Below are positions 37,261 through 51,881 of a stretch of 64,000 nucleotides of DNA, piece by piece. The stretch spans positions 133,059,741 to 133,123,740 of the forward strand of contig CM041465.1 of NCBI GenBank assembly GCA_023213395.1, given 5' to 3'. This DNA comes from Cycas panzhihuaensis. Its lineage: Eukaryota > Plantae > Cycadophyta. The notes beneath the pieces are model-generated. The model did no database searches. It had not been told where the DNA came from and saw only the letters and a program-made list of their open reading frames with translations. The stretch's first letter is position 1. Every line of letters begins with the position of its first letter. The translations under genes and the position numbers were made by a program.

Positions 37261-40200
37261 TTTTGTAAAGTCAATAAGCAAGCACTCATTTCTCTACTAT
37301 TTGTCTCTTACTTTTTGTGAATAAATGGATTTTAGAAGCTTAAATAGTGTGTGAAAACTAATAAATTGGCATAGCATCATAATTTTTATTCAAATAGTAT
37401 ACATTTTTTCTGGTTGTTTAGCTTAGTACAATAGATTGTGTTTGTTTAGACCAAAAGGTGCATTGGCTTGATGGGTTTATGGTAACGTTCTAATGGAAAT
37501 AACAAATTGTGTTTTTCTTACATAATAAGATTCTTTGTATTTGTATAATGCTAGAGAATGGCTTGCTACACTTTAGAATTGCACCATGGATTATGTTCAT
37601 TTAGACAAAATGATGGTATCATATGAAAACTTTCTAGATTTATAGCAATCTTGTTTTGAAAACAAGTGTTGTAGTACATCACAACTCTTTAATGGGCTAT
37701 AGGCATAACTTACTATGTAAAAAACTACCCTTACCCTTTGTCCATTTACTTAGTGATATATGTAAGACCCATGGTTCATGTTTAGCATTTTAGTAGTCAA
37801 TATTTGTTGCATACATTACAAGTTTGGCTATGCATGCACATTCTTATTACCACTCTTTTACAATTTGATAATATCGTTTGGAAATCCTTAGTCAACATCA
37901 ATGAGAAAGGGAGCATAGCATTTTTAATATATACTATGTAAGTAAACATAACTTACATTCAAACAATGAGCAAGGCACATTAATTGTGTGTTGTTAACTT
38001 ATGGTGGGTGTTGAAGGATTTCTCTTTTACTAAGTGCATGTAAACCTCAATCATGACCACCATCAATTTATTCCCTTGTGCATATGCATGATATCGATTG
38101 ATTGCATTGATTTAAGTGGTGTGCCTATATAAGTTTAACTAGCCCTACAAGATGTATATGAGATCCAAAATGTTGACCAATGGAGCCAAGCTCATTTTGA
38201 CTATAATTGAAAAACAAATAAGATAAAGGATATTAATGCAAAGAAGGATTATAAGAATTATTATATGAGTTAATATCTTGATCATTACTCCTTCCATGTG
38301 GTCCAATGAAAAAGTTAAAAGGTTTCTTATTCCCTTATCTTTGTCTTGACAAGATATATCATAAAACATGCATGTCCCTACTTGTGATGAAAATATGAGT
38401 GAAGCATGTGAACCTACTCCACATGAATCGCCCTCTTCATACCATTTAAAGAAGAAATGAAGGAATGCGTTTGAAGCTTATACACTTCTCAATATAGGTA
38501 TTAATTATTGTCATGTATTTATCATGAAGCATCTTCATCTTATTTGGTGTTTTCTTTCCTTAGTTGAACAAGGAGCATTGCTATTGAATTTTAATTTGAA
38601 TATTCATATGATATTAATGAATTGCAAGATAAATGTCAATTTGTATTTCTTAAATCTTTGATTAGATTTCTATGGGCTTATAGCTATTATTTAGTTGCAT
38701 TGCTTTGCAATTAACTTAAACAGTTCTTCCTACTTGAAATTCTCTATGTTCTTCCTAAGAGTCAGAGTTAAACAAGTTTTTGAACTTACCACTACCATTA
38801 TATTTATATAATTTGGAAACCCTTAAAGAATTAGAGAGGTGCCAATATCCATATATTTTCAACAATATTCATAAGCTAGTTTTCTTTATGATTCTTTCTA
38901 ATACCTTCACCTCTTACACTATATGATGGGACTAATGGAATTATGTTTCATCCATTTATAAATTTGATTGGTCCACTAATATCCTTTTATAGTAACTGAA
39001 ATGTGACCTCTCTAATTCGTTATAGATTTGTAATTTTTTTCTTTATTAGAACAATCATCCATAACAATGCTTTTTCTTCCCTCCCAAACTTCTTTTACAT
39101 GTCTTTTAGCCTCTTGATGCTTGAGATCCTTTCTTGACTTGAGCTTGCTTGACCAAGTTGTCTCCATTAAGACCTTTGTTTATATTTTCTATTATTTTAC
39201 TTGACTTGAGTTATTGAACAATTTGCATAAGATACTCTTTGACAATTTCCTTCTTCCATCACATCACCTTTAGGTAGATATTGAGATAAACTAAACTTTT
39301 CTAGGCAACTTGTCTTCTTAATATTTTCCTTCTTACTCTTCCTTTTGTTGCTACTATGTAAAATAAATACTTCCCTTAAAATAGTTTGGACTCTCTTCTA
39401 CCTTGTTGGTTTTGCCATTCTCAATTGAATCAATCACAACATTTAGCATTTCATGTGGTTTATATTACTCCTAAATAATATCCAAGCCCTCTTCCTTATC
39501 ATTAGGAAGAGGATCTTGTAAGCTATATACTCTGATGTTTATCCCATTTATAACATATTCCTCCATTTCCATCATCTTTGCTATTTTATATACTTGATTA
39601 TAATGGGATATTTTTACCTACCCCCTTTGGTGATGAGGGCTTTTGGGCGTAATCTTTGACTTGGTTAACCTACTTTAGGTTCATTGTGCAAGTATCTTTT
39701 TTCAATTATATGTTATCATTGCCTCTCATTCCCCTTCTTTTGCCAAGAACCTAACATATCTTTTCTTTATATACCCTTACTCATGAAACTAGAGCCATTA
39801 CAAACAAATGTGCTATAATATGGAATTTAACAATCCCTACATTCCCAATTATTTCAAAATTATAAAATTTGAAAGGTTTTTTTAAAGGAAAGATATATGT
39901 ACACTCTCGCTAACCCACTAGTTATTTTATGTATCTTGTTTTAATCTATTTGAATAACTGGTCCAAGAAATTCTCTTATTTGTCTTGATGTATTTAGGTT
40001 ATTATCTTCATCTAGAAGAAGAGAAATCATATTTAAATTGACTTGCTCAATAGATAGTTTATTTAGTAGTAACATATACCATCTCTATTAGTTTATAAGT
40101 AGGTACTTTAGCAATGCATACTACTACCCTATTGGCTAGGTTTTAGTTAGTTATTTAGGTTAGTATTTTGGTGGGGATGTAAATTATTTTATGCATGACT

Positions 40201-40491
40201 ATTTGGGTTGATGTTAGGGTGCTATATTCCATCTTTTTGGTCAATTTTAAGATTGTGTCTATTTGGGTTGGTACTAGGGTGGCATATGTCATTCTTTGGG
40301 ATACTTTTAAGTTAGATATTTTTGTTGTTACCAAGATCATATATACTACTCAATTTTGGTTAGTAATATATGAGTTTTTTGGTTAGTTATATAATAATAT
40401 GACATTAATCCTAAAACTAACCCAGTTATCTTTATGTTGGTCTATCTATCCTACCCTTAGGCCCAATAATGAAAAAGAAAAAGGAAAATAA

Positions 40492-43400
40492 TATTAGGGA
40501 TCCAACTCCTAACTCATCTTCTCTTATATCTTCTACTTCTTCTCTCTCTTATATCTTCTATTTCTTCTACTTCTTCCCTTTTTTTAATATCCTACATGCA
40601 TAAGTAGAAGGTTGTGTAGTGGTCATTGAGCACTATATATATTCATGTAATATCCCACATTCATAAGAAGGAGGTTGTGTAGTGAGCATAGAGCCATATA
40701 TATATTTATGTAATCCTTAGAGTATGGTATCTTAAATATCATTGTTATTACACGTAATTGGGAGGTTGCCCCCTTGAAGGGTATTACAATACAAGTTCTC
40801 TTTTTGGAGTTATTTGCTTATTATGTTGGTGTGCAATTATCATTAAGGAGTGGTGTCCTATCAAGTGGTATTAGAGCGGTTGGTCCATACCTTGTGGGAG
40901 AGTCAAAGGTACTAAATAATTAATTGTTTTCCATCAGTACCTATTCTCATTTAATTTTTGCTTAACTACTTTACTTTTTAGGGGTAGATAATACTGTAAT
41001 CAGGTAGCTACCATAACATTGCCATCAGGCAATTTTCTTTTGCATTTAGATAAAGACCCTGTGCCGGGGGTCTATAAATATCACGAGGATCTGTTGTTTT
41101 GGTCTAAGCGCATTGTGGCTTTTTTGTCCCTTGCATGAAGGACTGGAGATCACACTCCTGAATCAAACCTTAGATAGAACTCAGCTATGGAATTGTGCAT
41201 CCATGTACCTGCAGGTATATAGGAGGACCCCCTAGATAGGTCTTCCTAGTATAAGTAACTATAGGAAACCTATTGACTATCTGCAATTTATAGTGCATTA
41301 GTAAGCGGTTAGCCCCGAGAAGTTATTCTCCACGTACCCTAGAGACAGGGTAATACGACTGCTGAATAGAGTGTTTGCCTTTATAGGTTGATATTATTTA
41401 TGACTAGGATTAGCATTTCGAAGGGCCTACAAACTAGACAAGCCCATACCTAGTGTACTTGGTCAGTTTATTAGTGGTTTGTGTGCATCTAGTCAGACGG
41501 TGAGTCAATTATCATCAATTTGTTAAATCCAGTGTGTCTGGCCAATTTGTCATCAGCTCATGCACATATAGTTAGTCAGCCAACTAGTGATCAAAAAGAA
41601 AAAAGAAGTAAAAAGTAAAAAAATAAAAAGTAAAAAATAAAAAAGAAGCAAAAAGCAAAAAAAAAGAAAGTAAAAAAATAAAAATAAAAAGAAGAAAAAA
41701 AGAAAAGAAAAGAAAAATCCATATTACCTCATTGTAAAATATTGGGGATAACAGTATATAGACACCCCATCAAATCCTTTTCATTCACATTTACTAACTA
41801 GGATTCAACTTAGATCTTGTGAATAAATGGCCCCTAAGATGAACCCAAGTTGGACTCAAGATCTCAATAATGCTACCACATAACTTCGAGGAGATATATT
41901 ACAAATCCAAAATGATTTCAATGAAAAATTTAAAGCAGTAATGTCAGAGCTCACATCCATGAAACCTTTTAAGGAATAAAAGATTGACTTTGATGATACT
42001 ACTCACATAGGTGAGGGCCACTTCATTAAAGAATATGAAAGTAATGATGATAGGCATTTCTGTCTAAACTTCCTTCCCAAAGTAGAAATCAAGAAGTTCA
42101 ATAGCACAGATGTACATACCTGGATCACCCAAATTGAACAATACTTTTCTCTTCATCAAGTTCCAGCAGATAAGAAGATCCCTCTTACTTCTCTACACAT
42201 GGAAACTGAACCCTACCAATGGTACCAATGGGTTATGAAAATAATTGGTGGGCTTAGTTATCAATGGGAAGGTTTTGTCAAGGATCTTACAGCTCAATAT
42301 GATAGTACCTATAATCATGATCACTTTAACCAATTAGCTAAAGTCAGACAGGAGGGGACTGTTTCAACTTATATAGTAGAATACCAATGTCTCTCCACAA
42401 GGGTTGATGGTCTTTGTCAGAATAAATTACTTGAGTTATACATTGGTGGGTTACGAGATGATATTAGACATGAGTTGTGACTCTAAAACTATCAATTTTG
42501 CTCGACATATTGAAGTAAAAAATAAGGCATCCTGACCCCTCTAATGAACATTCCCAGAAAAGTGACCACAAATTCAGGTTCCTAGTGTGCGACAGATGAC
42601 TTCCTAAGAGATGGATTAGAAACACTTAAAAGGGTTATGTTTTCATTGTAACTAAAAGTGGAATAAAGACCATCAGTGTCCTGAACAACGTTTATTCATA
42701 ATTGAGGATGTCTAAGATGATGAACCAGTAGAGGAAGCCTCATTAGAGCCAAAAAATAATGATTATGACCCACCTGAGGAGGAAGAAGAGGATACTACTA
42801 CTATAGCTATGCATGCCCTAGCTAGAATTGCAGCCCCTTAGACACTCAAACTCATTAGGTAAATTAAGAAAAGGAAGGTGGTTGTCCTCATAGGTTTTGG
42901 GAGCATCCACAATTTCATTAATTGGAAACTTGTTGAACTCAACTGTTTTCCATTTCCTGTCAAAAATTTCCAAGTTATGGTGGCTAATAAAGGGACACTC
43001 GCTTGCGGGGAAAAATGTCACATCAAGTTACAGATGGGTGACTATCACCTCTCCACTTTTATGTATGCCATTCTCATTGGAGGAGTTGATGTTGTATTAG
43101 AGGTACAATGGATCAAACCACTAGGGACCATTCAACTAAATATGCGAGAGCTCTTCATCTGATTTACTTCTGAAGGAATTGACTATCAATTGAATGGGAT
43201 CATTCCTCCTTCAACCCAAATCATCAGCTCAGACTGTATGGAGAGGCTCATTAAAAAGGGTGGTATAGGAATCATTGCCAAATGTTATGCTCTGGAAGGT
43301 TAGGAACTTCCAACAGAAGGGGACATTCTCTAAGATGATGGTATACCAAATGACTTAAAATTAGTACTTCACTGCCACAACCAAGTCTTTCAGGATATTC

Positions 43401-46400
43401 CTCAAGGTCTTCCCTCAATACGTGACCAAGATCATAACATTGACTTGGTAGCTGGAAGTAATTCTCCTTGTATTTTACCATACCGGTATCCCTACTAGTA
43501 AAAGAATGAAATTGAACGACTAGTTCAAGAACTTCTTAATGCTGGTACTATTAGGGAAAGCAAAAGCACTTTTTCTTCCCTAGTGATTTTAGTAAGCAAA
43601 AAAGATGGCTTATTTCGCATGTGTGTAGACTACCATGAGCTCAATAAGATAACCATCAAGGATAAATTTCCTATACCAATTATCGATGAACTCCATGGAG
43701 CAACGTTCTTCACATCATTAGACTTGCGGTCATGATACCATCAAATTAGGATCAAGGCAGAGGATGTTCATAAAACTACATTTCATACACATGAAGGACA
43801 TTATGAATTTTTAGTCATGCCATTTGGCTTGACTAATGCCCCATCCACCTTTTAAGGACTCATGAACAAACTCTTTTGGTCTTACTTAAGGAAGTTCATG
43901 TTAATATTTTTTAATGACATTCTAATCTTTAGTTATACATAGGAAGACCATCTTCAACATGTTGATAAGGCATTATAGGTGTATGCAAGCAACTAACTTT
44001 ATGCAAAAAAATTAAAATGTCAATTTGGGCGAACTGAAATAGAATATTTGGGCCATATTATCTCTCAAGAATGAGTCAAGGTGAATCCTAAGAAAATTAC
44101 AATTATCACAAACTGGCCTAAACCCAAAAACATCAAGGGCCTTTGTGGATTCTTAGGAATCACAGGGTATTATCAAAAGTTTGTTCAGGGCTATGCAAGG
44201 ATTGCTTCCCCTTTAATCAACTTATTAAAAAAGGATTCCTTTCATTGGAATGATAAGGCCTCTAAAGCATTTGAATACTTAAAGGTGGCTTAACTACCAC
44301 ACTAATCTTTGCAACACCAAACTTTACAAAGAGCTTTACCATTTAATGTGATGCATCGGGGCAAGGTATTAGAGCAGTCTTAATGTAAGAAAGGAAACCT
44401 TTGGCCTTTGAAAGTCATCAACTTACACCCAAGGAACATGTCAAATCCACCTATGAGAAGGAGATGTTAGCAATTCTCCTTGCAGTTAGGAAATGACAAC
44501 AATATTTATTGGGAACATATTTCCAAATTAAAATAGACCATGATAGCTTAAAATATTTCCTATCTCAAAGGACGACATCTGAGGAACAATAAAAATAGGT
44601 CACCAAAATACAAGCTTTTGACTTTGAAATCATATAGAAAAAAGGAAAGGATAATATAGTTGCTAATGCTTTATCTCATAAGGAAGAAGGCTCTACACTA
44701 TATTCTATCACCACAATTAATCCCTCTTAGATAGTAGTCGCTAAGCAAGAATGGGATTAGGACCCCTTTACAAAGCAGATCATTTAAGACCTTCAAGCTG
44801 GAGTAAGGCATTCAACCCATTATATATGGTCTGCAAATATTCTCTAGTACAAGAATCGAACATATATATACCCTCACTCTAGCCTCAAGGATCAAATTTT
44901 ACATGATACACATCCCTCTTCAATAGTAGGTCACTCAGGGTTCCTACGAACATACCACCATTTAAAACAGTCTTTCTTTTGGAAGGGACAAAAAGAAGAT
45001 GTAAAGATATATGTTTCCTCATGTGAAAATTTTCAATGACATAAAATAGAAATAATCAAGTCTCCAAGATTGCTACAACCCCTTCCCATACCAAATCAAC
45101 GATGGGAAGAAACTTCTATAGACTTCATTATGGGTCTGCCCAAGTCAGAAGAAAAAGATGCTATATTGGTGGTTGTTGATAGACTAACCAAATCTCATTT
45201 TTGTGGCATTCAAGCCACATATAAGGCAAAGCAAATTATTGAGATCTTTTTAAAGGATATACACAGGTTGTATGACATGCCCAAATGTATAGTCAGTGAT
45301 CGGGACTCTAAGTTTACCAGTAACTTTTAGACAGAACTCTTCCATCTACTTGGTACTAAACTGACAATGAGCTCATCCTACCATCCACAAACAGATGGTC
45401 AAACTGAGGTGGTTAATAAGTGCCTTGAAGGATACCTTCATTGTTATGCTTCAGAGAAGTAGGGCCAGTGGCATCATTGACTTCCTTTAGTAGAATGGTA
45501 GTATAATACAACTTATCATGCATCAATAGGAATGACGCTATTCCAATCATTATATGACTATGAACCACCCACACTTAGGAGCTATGCCATAATCAGTTCT
45601 AAGGTTCAAGCTGTTGAGGACTACATCCAACAAACAACACAGATTCTTAATCTACTTAAGGAAACTTTGAATCTTGTACAAAATTGGGTGAAATAACATG
45701 TAGATAAAGGGCAAAGTGAATGAGCATTTCAACCAGGTAACTGGGTATACTTACAGGTGCAATCGTATAAGCAGGCATCTCTTAAACATGATGGGCAACA
45801 TAAATTACAACCTCAATTTTATGGGCCTTACAAAATTCTCAAGAAGATTGGTAAAGTTTCATATGCCTTGGACTTACCACCACTATCAAGGATCCATAAT
45901 GTCTTTCATGTTTCGTGTCTCAAGAGGGTAATTGGGTAATAAATACAAGTTTAAATAGAATTACCTATCTTAAATGAGGAGAGGAAACTTCAACTCATTC
46001 CAGAATGTATCATCGACTAAAGAATTTGACATCTACGATCAAGGAAAATCATTGAGTATCTTATCAAATGGAAACAACTTCCACGAGAAGATGCAACCTG
46101 GGAGAATGAGCAATTTATCCTAGAGCACCCTAAGATCACGTAGCTTTAAGGGCAAAGTTTTTTTAAGCGGGGGGGGGTGTTGTTAGGGATCCAACCCTTA
46201 ACTTACCTTCTCTTATATCTTCTACTTCTTCTCTCTCTTATATCTTCTATTTCTTCTACTTCTTCCCTTTTCTTAATATTCCATATGCATAAGTAGCAGG
46301 TTGTGTAGTGGTCATTGAGCACTATATATATTTATGTAATATCCCACATGCATAAGAAGGAGGTTGTGTAGTGAGCATAGAGTCATATATATATTTATAT

Positions 46401-46552
46401 AATCCTTAGAGTATGGTATCTTAAATATCATAGTTATTGCATGTAATTGGGAGGTTGCCCCCTCGAAGGGTATTGCAATACAAATGCTCTTTTTAGAGTT
46501 ATTTGCTTATTATGTTGGTGTGCAATTATCATTAAGGAGTGGTATCCTATCA
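40492..46552 (+). mobile_element. Complete but defective chromovirus-type (Reina-like) Gypsy F
   Basis: 372-bp LTRs 40492-40863 and 46181-46552; perfect TSD AATAA; PBS TGGTATTAGAGC at 40866; G-run PPT at ~46169-46177; gag-PR-RT-RH-INT order; chromodomain EYLIKWKQLPREDATWE at ~46050-46105. Confidence 0.96.
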
Positions 46553-48029
46553 AATAACTTATGAAGGGCAAGGTTGATAATATAGTTGGTAATTGATCTC
46601 TCTATTGTAGTATGATCTAATATGTACAAGGTCCACTTAATTAATATTGGCTTTAATCCTATTGAGCGGTGCTACCCCCTCCATCTTAACTTTATTTAAA
46701 GGTAGCACTCAAAGGTTCCTGATTATTTTATTTGTATATTATCCACATACACATAATAAGATTTATGTATAGTTGAGTTTTTGTACCCTACCTTCCTAGC
46801 AATAAACAATAAAGAATATTTTACTTGAGCATTCATAGGAACTAACCTTAGGAATAAAGGGCATACTAGACAATAAGTCAAATTGCATAGTAAGTGGTAC
46901 ATCAACCCTACATATTAATAATAGGCTAACCTACCAAGCATAATTAGTGAAGAAAATGGTTGGAAGGTGGCCACACTTTGGTATGCCAGTACCCATACTT
47001 GATCAATGTTTAGATATGGTTAAATTTTCTATGAATTATGCTAATTATGTTAGTAGTGTTAAGTTGATAAAGAGGCATAAGACATAATACAAGATCATAC
47101 TATATTATTTATGGTCAACCATTGGCATGTGATTAAAGGGCATGCTCACGTTAGGTTAGATGTTTGGGGTTTTATGTTTTGAAATCTTATATGAATATTC
47201 TAGTTATTAATGAATTACTAAAGAATCATGGAATTGCCTATGTAATCATCTTTAGTTATATTATGATGTTATATTAATTATATATTGATCCTTCCATGAG
47301 CATTTCAATCAAATGCAACATGATATTATAGTTATTTCATTGTATATGACCATTTCATTAATAACATGACTCTCTTGTAAAGGAGAGTATTCTTAAACCT
47401 AGGCAACATATCCTTAGTTATGGTCATCACTTTAATGCAATTATATCATAACCCCATCATGGTTAACCTTAGTTCTAGAGGGGAACAATGATGAAGCTGA
47501 AGTCTTAGTAAAAAGTGTTTATGTCTAAGGGAGGAAATAAGTACCTTAGTTATTTGGAATATAGTTGGTTTTAACCAAAATTGGAAATCTAGGGGATATT
47601 CCACTACCATGAAAAGGGCATCCTAAAGAAAAATTTGAGTCTACATGAGAGAAGGCATTATCGTAGGATACCAAAAGGGCAAATCAATTTAAAAAGGCAA
47701 ATAATAACAACAAAAATAAGGGCATACCTAGTAAGCAAAAGGAGGAAGAGCCTATAGTGGCTATCAATGATTAGGTTAAGGCCACTCCAATCCAAAAGTA
47801 GGGTCAAGAGAATAGGACATTCCCCTAATAGAAGTGAGTAATAACATAACCCTTGAAACTTACCATCTATAATGCCCTAATTCTATGAGTATACTTGTAA
47901 AGGATATAAGTACCAGGGAGTGTTTAACAAACTTAGAGAGGGAAGATAATGAAGAAAGTAGAGAGGTGAGTTAGGACCATAGTAAAGATAGGAAGAGGAA
48001 GTAATTAAGTTAGTGTTAAGAATTTCTAA

Positions 48030-49200
48030 TTTTATCGATTATTTAACACCTTGATAATGGGTAATTTGCCAAAACCAAATAATGTTGAACCATTTATGAT
48101 TATCTCATCTCTAACATTCAAAACCCTGATAAGAGAAAATATAATCCACCATTGAACTCCAAGAATAGTAAGGAGATATACCATTGATTGAGAAGTAGCA
48201 TGGCAAGATGATAATACATTCAACTTAATTATCAATGGGATAAGAGAACCATCTTACCACTTGGCATTATTTAAATATGTACTATATATAAGGGGCATAA
48301 CATACCTAATGGATATTAAGAGAAGATTTTTTAGAACCTTGAGAGGTATTACATTATCTTGGTAAAAATGTTTTAGGGTAGCTTCTCTAACATGGGATAG
48401 TATAAAGTCATAATTTCTATCTTGATTTTAGAAGTTACAAGGTAATAACACCATGGTAAGGGTATTAAGAGAACCAAAACAATACCATGAGGAATTCAAA
48501 ATGGATTTTGACTATAGATTATATATAATAGCTTTCCAAATGAACCCCAGAGAGAAAACATCTTAGACATAAATGCAAGAAAATGTTGTGGGATGATTAT
48601 TATCTAAATTTCATGAAAGGATAAGGCAAAACCTATTGGATAATCAGGATCACATTAGAGATCTAAATTTGAAATTTGAGTTGCAAACAAGTAATGGAGC
48701 CAAATATAATAAGTAAATTGTTGCTTTGTAACAATTACATAATTAAATAATATAATTAAAAAATAAGCAAATAGTAAGAGGCATAATTAAAGATAATGGA
48801 ATTTAAAAGGCAGATATGTTTGAGGTAGATGCACTCCCAATAGAGGTAGCCCATTCGAAGTTTGGAAAATATTAGGGAAGATAACAAGAAAATGTGTGGT
48901 AATGCTAATAGAAAGGGACATAAAAAATGAGAATGTGGAAACAAAAGATGGGAAATAGTGCTATATTCATGTAGTAGACATCCATGATATGGAGTAATAT
49001 TAGTATAATGGTCAAAATAATGGAGGATCTTGAAGTAGAGGTCGAGGTCAAGGGCATTATGATTGTCTAATTTATGATGCCATAACAATACCAAATAATG
49101 GCAACCAACATAAGAAAACACCTAGAAGATGTGCGTATTATTTGTAGTTTAGACATTGGTGAGTGAATTATCCTTATGATAAAACAAGGGAAGACGAGAA
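48030..49200 (+). pseudogene. Highly decayed Gypsy gag-like remnant
   Basis: Retrotransposon-gag-like segments (FRTLRGITLSW) and a decayed Cys/His knuckle at ~49130-49175; many stops. Confidence 0.45.
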
Positions 49201-49866
49201 TTATCATTATAGAGAGTGTGGTCTAAATAGTTATGGTTTTGATAACTATTTAATGATAACAAATATTACCAATCTTATTATGTTTACATGAGATGAACCA
49301 TGAATATTAATTATTAGGCATGGGGTATGAAGAAATGAATAAGAATAATAAAACAAACTCTAAGGTGGATAGGTTCAAAAAAGTTAAACCTACAATCTAT
49401 AAATATTAACAAATAATATATGTTAAGTAAAATACCTAAAATTAAACAAGTGTATAGAAGAAGAATAATTTAGCCTAAGGTGGATAACACTTGAATATAC
49501 GACAATAATATACAAAAAAAAATTATGAGGGAAATCACTAGAGTTTGGCATAACAATAAAATTAGTAAAAGAATTTACTTGGTAGGGATATGGGCTATTT
49601 AGTAGAATACCATTTGTGAATGAAATCCTAAAAATAGTAATATAACATGCTCAACTAGGGATAGATTTTGACCCATAGATAATAAGAATATATGATTAGT
49701 TATTATGTTCAACAATGGTGGGTGGTGGTTTAGGTTTTAACAAATTTCTAGTTTTTTCTTATGAAAAGAAAGTGTCCCCACCCCTTTGTCTACTAAATTT
49801 CTTAATAAAATTTACTCATCAATAGAAGATTTAACTTTTGGGAATATTGCCAAACATATTTACTAA

Positions 49867-51350
49867 TGTTGTAGGCATTACAAGCACCCTAGAATTTGTA
49901 GTGATAGAATTGCTATTTGGGTCTAAGATGTATCTCACACTTCTAGGGAGGCCCTAGTTATATGGTACTAGATATTTATAGTTCCATAGGAAGAGAGCCT
50001 TTACTCTAATTAGATATGGATATGTTAAAAAGAAATATAAACAAAATAAGTTCTCTTTATAATTTTACTTAAGAGGCCCTAGCGTACTTTATGAATAAAA
50101 CATAAGATAGAACATTAATATTTCAACATCCTCCCTTAATGTTTTATCCATTATTTTAAAATTTCAGTTGATTTTTGAGATATTAGAACTTATCCTTTGA
50201 AAAAGGCTTTGTAAAAATATCTGCAAATTATTGTTCATTGCTGTAGTATTATAAATCTATTTCCTTAGCTTGAATTTTCTCTCTAATAAAATGATGATGC
50301 ACTTTTATGTGCTTTGTTCTTTAATGAAAGATAACATTTCTTATTAACTTGATACCACTCTAATTATCACATAAGATTGTGGTTGCTTTAAAGCATTCTT
50401 GACTTAAATGCTTGAGAAGTTGCCTTAACTAAATTACTTCATAGATTGCACTTGCTATAGCCTTATACTCAACTTCTATTAATGATAGGGCCACGATTAA
50501 CTATTTTTTGCTACTTTGAGATGTAACAACTGATCCTAGGTTGAAGCAATATCCTAATATAGATTTCCTCCCATGTCGTTTGTTTGCCCAATCTAAGTCA
50601 CTATATGCAATCAACTCCAATTCAATAGCCTTAACATAGTTTAATCCTAAATCGAATGTGCCTTTGATATATCTTAGGATACTTTTAGCTACATTCCAAT
50701 GAGTGATCTTTATAGCATGTACACATTTAGAGATAATTCCTATAGAGAATAATATGTTTGGTCTGATTGCCATTACGTAAATAAGGCTTCTAACTAGCTA
50801 TTGATAAAGTGTTTAACTTGTCTATTAATTGTCTTCATTAGCTATCAAAACACATCCTATTTCCATAGGTATAACACAAGAGTTATAGTCTTTTATAGTA
50901 AATACTTTGAAAAGATTCTTGGTACATTTTGCTTGTGACATGTAGATAGCATTTGTTGCTTAACTTACTTCAATAACAAGATAATAGTGAAGTGGGCCTA
51001 TATTTATCATCTCAAAATTGTTTTCCATTTATCTTCTTACCCATTTGAATGCTTCATGATCACCACTTGTAATCATCATATCATTTACATATACAACAAT
51101 TATAGTAATTAAGCCATTTCCTTTATTTTTTATATATAGGCTTGGATCATAGTCACGTATATTGAATCTTTTTTTCTTGAGATAATAGTCTAATTTTGCA
51201 TACCAAGTTCGTGGTGCTTGCTTTAGGCCATATAATATTTTTTTTAGTTTGTAGACAAAATATTCTCCTTGTTTTGTATATGTTGGAGGTTGCTTTATAT
51301 AAACTTCTTTATCCAAGTTGCCATTTAAAAAGACATATTTTACATCAAAA
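49867..51350 (-). mobile_element. Copia 3' remnant (RT/RNase H, PPT, 3' LTR ~49867-50128)
   Basis: ORFs 50501-50773 and 51029-51316 (LYGLKQAPR, VYVNDM); PPT as TCCTCCCTT on +; LTR ends TGTTG/CAACA. Confidence 0.85.
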
Positions 51351-51761
51351 GAAAATTAAATTAGAATTAAACCATGTCATCCAATATCTTATTTTGAAGG
51401 CTTTTGAACCAAGATTTAAATAGTTTTGATGGAGTTGAATTCTAAAACTTGTAGCAAAAGTTATAGTAGAAAAAGTATAAGTATTTTCTTTGAAAAATTA
51501 ATTAAAAAAATAAAGGGGTTTTAGCCTTTTAAGGACTTAGCCCTCAATCACGTAAAATTAGCACATGATTACCTACTAACAAATAAAATATTGATGGATT
51601 CTAAAATGAAATTTAGTCTAGCTTAATCAAGGAGAATACCTTCTAAAAATATACCATATTTATTTTTAAAACCCTAAAAAATACTTGTGGGTGTGCTTAA
51701 TAATAATGCATAGAGATTATATATCTTACCAAGGCTAAATCTCATAAGGGGATAACCATCC

Positions 51762-51798
51762 ATATATATATATAAATATATAGATATATAACTATATA

Positions 51799-51876
<78 letters not shown>

Positions 51877-51881
51877 TATAT
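51762..51881. repeat. (TA)n microsatellite, interrupted
   Basis: Directly visible. Confidence 0.97.

Noticed and set aside
37400-40490. AT-rich region with coding-like purine bias on - (~38700-39800)
   Set aside because: Probably old TE debris; no motif, termini or ORF I can support.
41325-41365. Superficial resemblance of the F leader to group II intron domain I sequence
   Set aside because: No GTGCG 5' end in context and no recognisable domain V or VI; kept only as part of the structured-leader finding.
51674-51871. YI-repeat ORF (and the similar ORF at 33302-33520)
   Set aside because: Microsatellite translations.
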